The notes under the pieces were generated by a model. The model did no database searches and was not told the DNA's origin. It saw nothing but the letters and a program-made list of their open reading frames with translations. A stretch of 64,000 nucleotides of DNA from Felis catus (lineage: Eukaryota), in NCBI RefSeq assembly GCF_018350175.1, contig NC_058368.1:30010001-30074000 (forward strand), read 5' to 3'. Below, in pieces: positions 61,290 to 64,000 of the stretch; positions within the stretch are counted from its first letter, which is position 1, and the number at the start of each line of letters is the position of its first letter. The translations under genes were made by a program, and so were the position numbers.

Positions 61290-62700
61290 GTAATGGAATT
61301 TTTGGAACTTGGTCAGATAATTCTAGAGTTAATCTGAAGGAAGGAACAATTTAGAATAGAAACAGTTTGAAAAATATGACTTTTTAAGGGTGAGAAGGGA
61401 ATGACCAGACCTTTAAGACTTCAAAATACGAGATGAACCAGTAAGAGGCAAATGAATAGAAAACAATGTAGGGTACATAAATAGATGCTAATTTATGGGA
61501 AATTAATATTAAAAAGGATGAATTATTTCATAAATGGCACTAAAAATATGTGTTTGAGAAAGTTTCATTTACATTCTTGCTATACAACAGAGTAAATTCT
61601 AGATGAATTAGAAAGTAAAACATGAAAAATCAAACCACTTTAAGACACTAGCAGAAACTTTAGGTAAATATTTATCCTATCCCAGATGGGGAAAGGACTA
61701 TCTAAGTATATAAGCAATGGACTAAATCGTAAAGGAAAAGATTGATTTTAATATTTAACATTACAATCTCTGCGTCAAAAACATCATAAAAATTTAAACG
61801 CAAACAAGGAAATTATGCATTATTGATATTTTGATGGGATATATTTATTAACAAGAAAAATACCTTAGCTTTGCTTGAGGTCTATGGCCCTTTTCTGTCG
61901 AGCAAATATTTCAGATTAAAAATAAAACAGTGGGAAAATATTAATATATAATGAGTTAATATAACTGATAATAAAACCTCTATCTTCTCAATAAAATGGG
62001 CAAAACCATAAACCTACAATTCACAGAACAGATAGACCAAATGGATACTAAACAGGAATAAATGGTCATCTCATTAGTAATCATAATGACGCAAATTAAA
62101 ACAAAAATAAAATTTAATGTATGTATCGGATCAACACTCAGGGCGGCCAGAATGTGGTGAAAAGGGATTGTCAAACTCTGCTCGTCGATGCAAAGCAATT
62201 TTATAATCTTTATCAAGCCTTCAACATGTTTGTACTTTTTTATCTGATAATTTTACTTATAAGAATCCAGCCTAAGGAAATAACAGAAATGAATTTTAAA
62301 ATGTACATCTGATGTGGTCTCAATATCAATTATAGTAGAAACAAAAAGAAAATTCCCTAAGTGTCCTACAATAGACTCATAGCTAAACAAATCATGGAAT
62401 GTCCATATGATGGAATATTTGGTTGTTGTTAGAATATTTCAATGAATTTCAGTGACTCAGAAAACCGTTCATGATATAATTTTAGTTATAAGAGCAACAG
62501 AGTACTTAAAGTGTATATGACAATATATAAATTATGGACTACGTATTATATAAGAATTTAAAAAGTTTGAAAGAAAATAGAACAAAATACTTGCAGTGTA
62601 TCCTGAAAACTATTTTGGGGGAGGGCTTGTAAGATTATGAAAAATTTGTGTCTAATTTAGATTTAAGAACTTCGAAGTTTTCTATAGCGCATTGCTTTGT
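61290..62700 (+). mobile_element. L1ME-like ORF2/3' UTR remnants
   Basis: aaattctagatgaattag...aaaatgggcaaaa...caattcacagaa...gcaaattaaaacaa...ttataagaatccagcctaaggaaataa. Confidence 0.7.
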
Positions 62701-62782
62701 GATCAGAAAAAAGCCCTCAGTAGACTCTAAATGGACTATTTCAATCTTATTATTTAACCTATCTACTGCTCTTAGGGAGTTG

Positions 62783-62784
<2 letters not shown>

Positions 62785-62870
<86 letters not shown>

Positions 62871-62936
62871 AAAAGAGAAGGTGAGGGAGAAAGGGCAGAG
62901 GGAGGGAAGGGGGAAGGAGAGAGAGGGAGAGAGAGA
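62785..62936. repeat. Compound microsatellite (GT)n(GA)n(GACA)n followed by a purine-rich tract
   Basis: Direct. Confidence 0.95.
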
Positions 62937-63229
62937 ATTTGGGTACTATAATTCTAGGGAATTTATGTATAAAAAATACTCAAATTCATTTTTGTCAGGA
63001 AGTGGTAGATTAAAACCTACAATAGTGTGTTAACTCTTTCAGGTCACTAAGGGACCAATTAGTGCATTAGGCTAAGGGGTGCTAAATTGTATCCTACTAG
63101 CCTGGAGGAGACCAGGCATGTCTTGCGGCTCTAACTCATATCACCACTGGGAAGTGATTCAAATCTGGGAAGAAGCTGGTTCATTGAATATTAATTGAAT
63201 GGGTGAATAAATGAAGGAAAAGCAAAGAA

Positions 63230-63390
63230 GAAGCTAACAAGCTAACATTTATTGATTATTTTCTATGTGCCAGGGGCTTCTTGCTCATTATTTCATTGAA
63301 TTCTCACGGCAGCCATAGGAGGCCTATGTTATTATTGTCAGCACCATTTTGTAGGGGAGGACGCTGAGTTTATAACCACAGACACACAAC
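63230..63390 (-). mobile_element. MIR fragment
   Basis: gctaacatttattgattatttctatgtgccagg...cattatttcattgaattctcacggcagcc...ccattttgtagggg. Confidence 0.7.
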
Positions 63391-63561
63391 TACTTTCTTG
63401 CCCATCCTATTGGAAGGTGCTGGCATTGCTCTGAGTTAGTCACTTGCTTCCTGGGGTCAGGAGTACAAAATCCGTCTTGGCCCCCCAGAGCTTGGTTCAG
63501 GTTGACTGACATGAAATACCACAGTTGAAGACATCATTCCTTTTAAGACTGTGGCTTTTCT

Positions 63562-63798
63562 TTTTTATTTATTTTTTATTAAAAATTTTTTTGCAATGTG
63601 TATTTATTTTTGAGAAAGAGAGAGACAGAGCGTGAACGGGGGAGGAGCAGAGAGAGAGAGGGAGACATAGAATCCGAAACAGGCTCCGGGCTCCCAGCTG
63701 TCAGCACAGAGCCTGACGTGGGGCTCGAATCCACGAACTGTGAGAGCGTGACTGAGCCGAAGTTGGACCCTTAACCAGCTGAGCCACCCAGGCGCCCC
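63562..63798 (-). mobile_element. CAN SINE (SINEC_Fc-like) with 15-bp TSD (2 mismatches)
   Basis: TSD gactgtggcttttct 63547-63561 / gacggtggcctttct 63799-63813. Confidence 0.96.
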
Positions 63799-64000
63799 GA
63801 CGGTGGCCTTTCTGAGTATGACATAGGCAGTAGTATCGGAGGGAAGAGGTCCGAGGAAGGGAAAACTCTTTGGGCTGTCCGTCATTGGGACTGAAATCGG
63901 GCTACATGTCAGATTACTCTCTGAGCACTATTTTTAAGTAAAAAAAAGAAAGACGTAAAAAGAGGCAGAGGAGAGCAAAAGATTGCGGGGTACCTCAGGA

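Noticed and set aside
2627..63885. Recurring ~60-90 aa ORF family MAQSVKRPTSAQVMIS...LCLSLSQK (2627, 6440, 9328, 17344, 38751, 39219, 45534, 63604 and others)
   Set aside because: All are translations of CAN SINE bodies, not a gene family.
5300..64000. A second gene, processed pseudogene or intact ERV in the downstream region
   Set aside because: No long ORF with recognisable homology, no paired same-family LTRs with gag/pol/env sequence, and no spliced-exon pattern was seen; an unannotated lncRNA cannot be excluded from sequence alone.

Overview
Eukaryotic (mammalian) genomic DNA, very probably from a cat-like carnivore (Feliformia/Felidae), judged from about a dozen tRNA-derived CAN SINEs including felid SINEC_Fc-type copies. 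The only protein-coding sequence I can support is the terminal exon of olfactomedin-4 (OLFM4, + strand, 3197-3999), which encodes essentially the whole olfactomedin beta-propeller. It is preceded by the end of the last intron (1-3196) and followed by a ~1.25 kb 3' UTR with two candidate poly(A) signals. The remaining ~58 kb is gene-free downstream sequence made of CAN SINEs (many with target-site duplications), MIR, L2, L1, MaLR/ERVL/ERV1 solo LTRs, a hAT-like remnant and microsatellites. All other ORFs in the track look like chance or repeat-derived ORFs. I found no evidence of a previously undescribed biological system. The most interesting observations are modest: candidate OLFM4 cis-regulatory motifs (two identical TCF/LEF 10-mers, a perfect HNF1 palindrome, an overlapping RBPJ/NF-kB site, a GATA triplet inside a direct-repeat-flanked insert), a young sense SINE with poly(A) signals in the last intron, template-switch hairpins and nested transposon insertions. 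Repeat family names and boundaries were assigned by eye from remembered consensus features and need RepeatMasker/Dfam confirmation.
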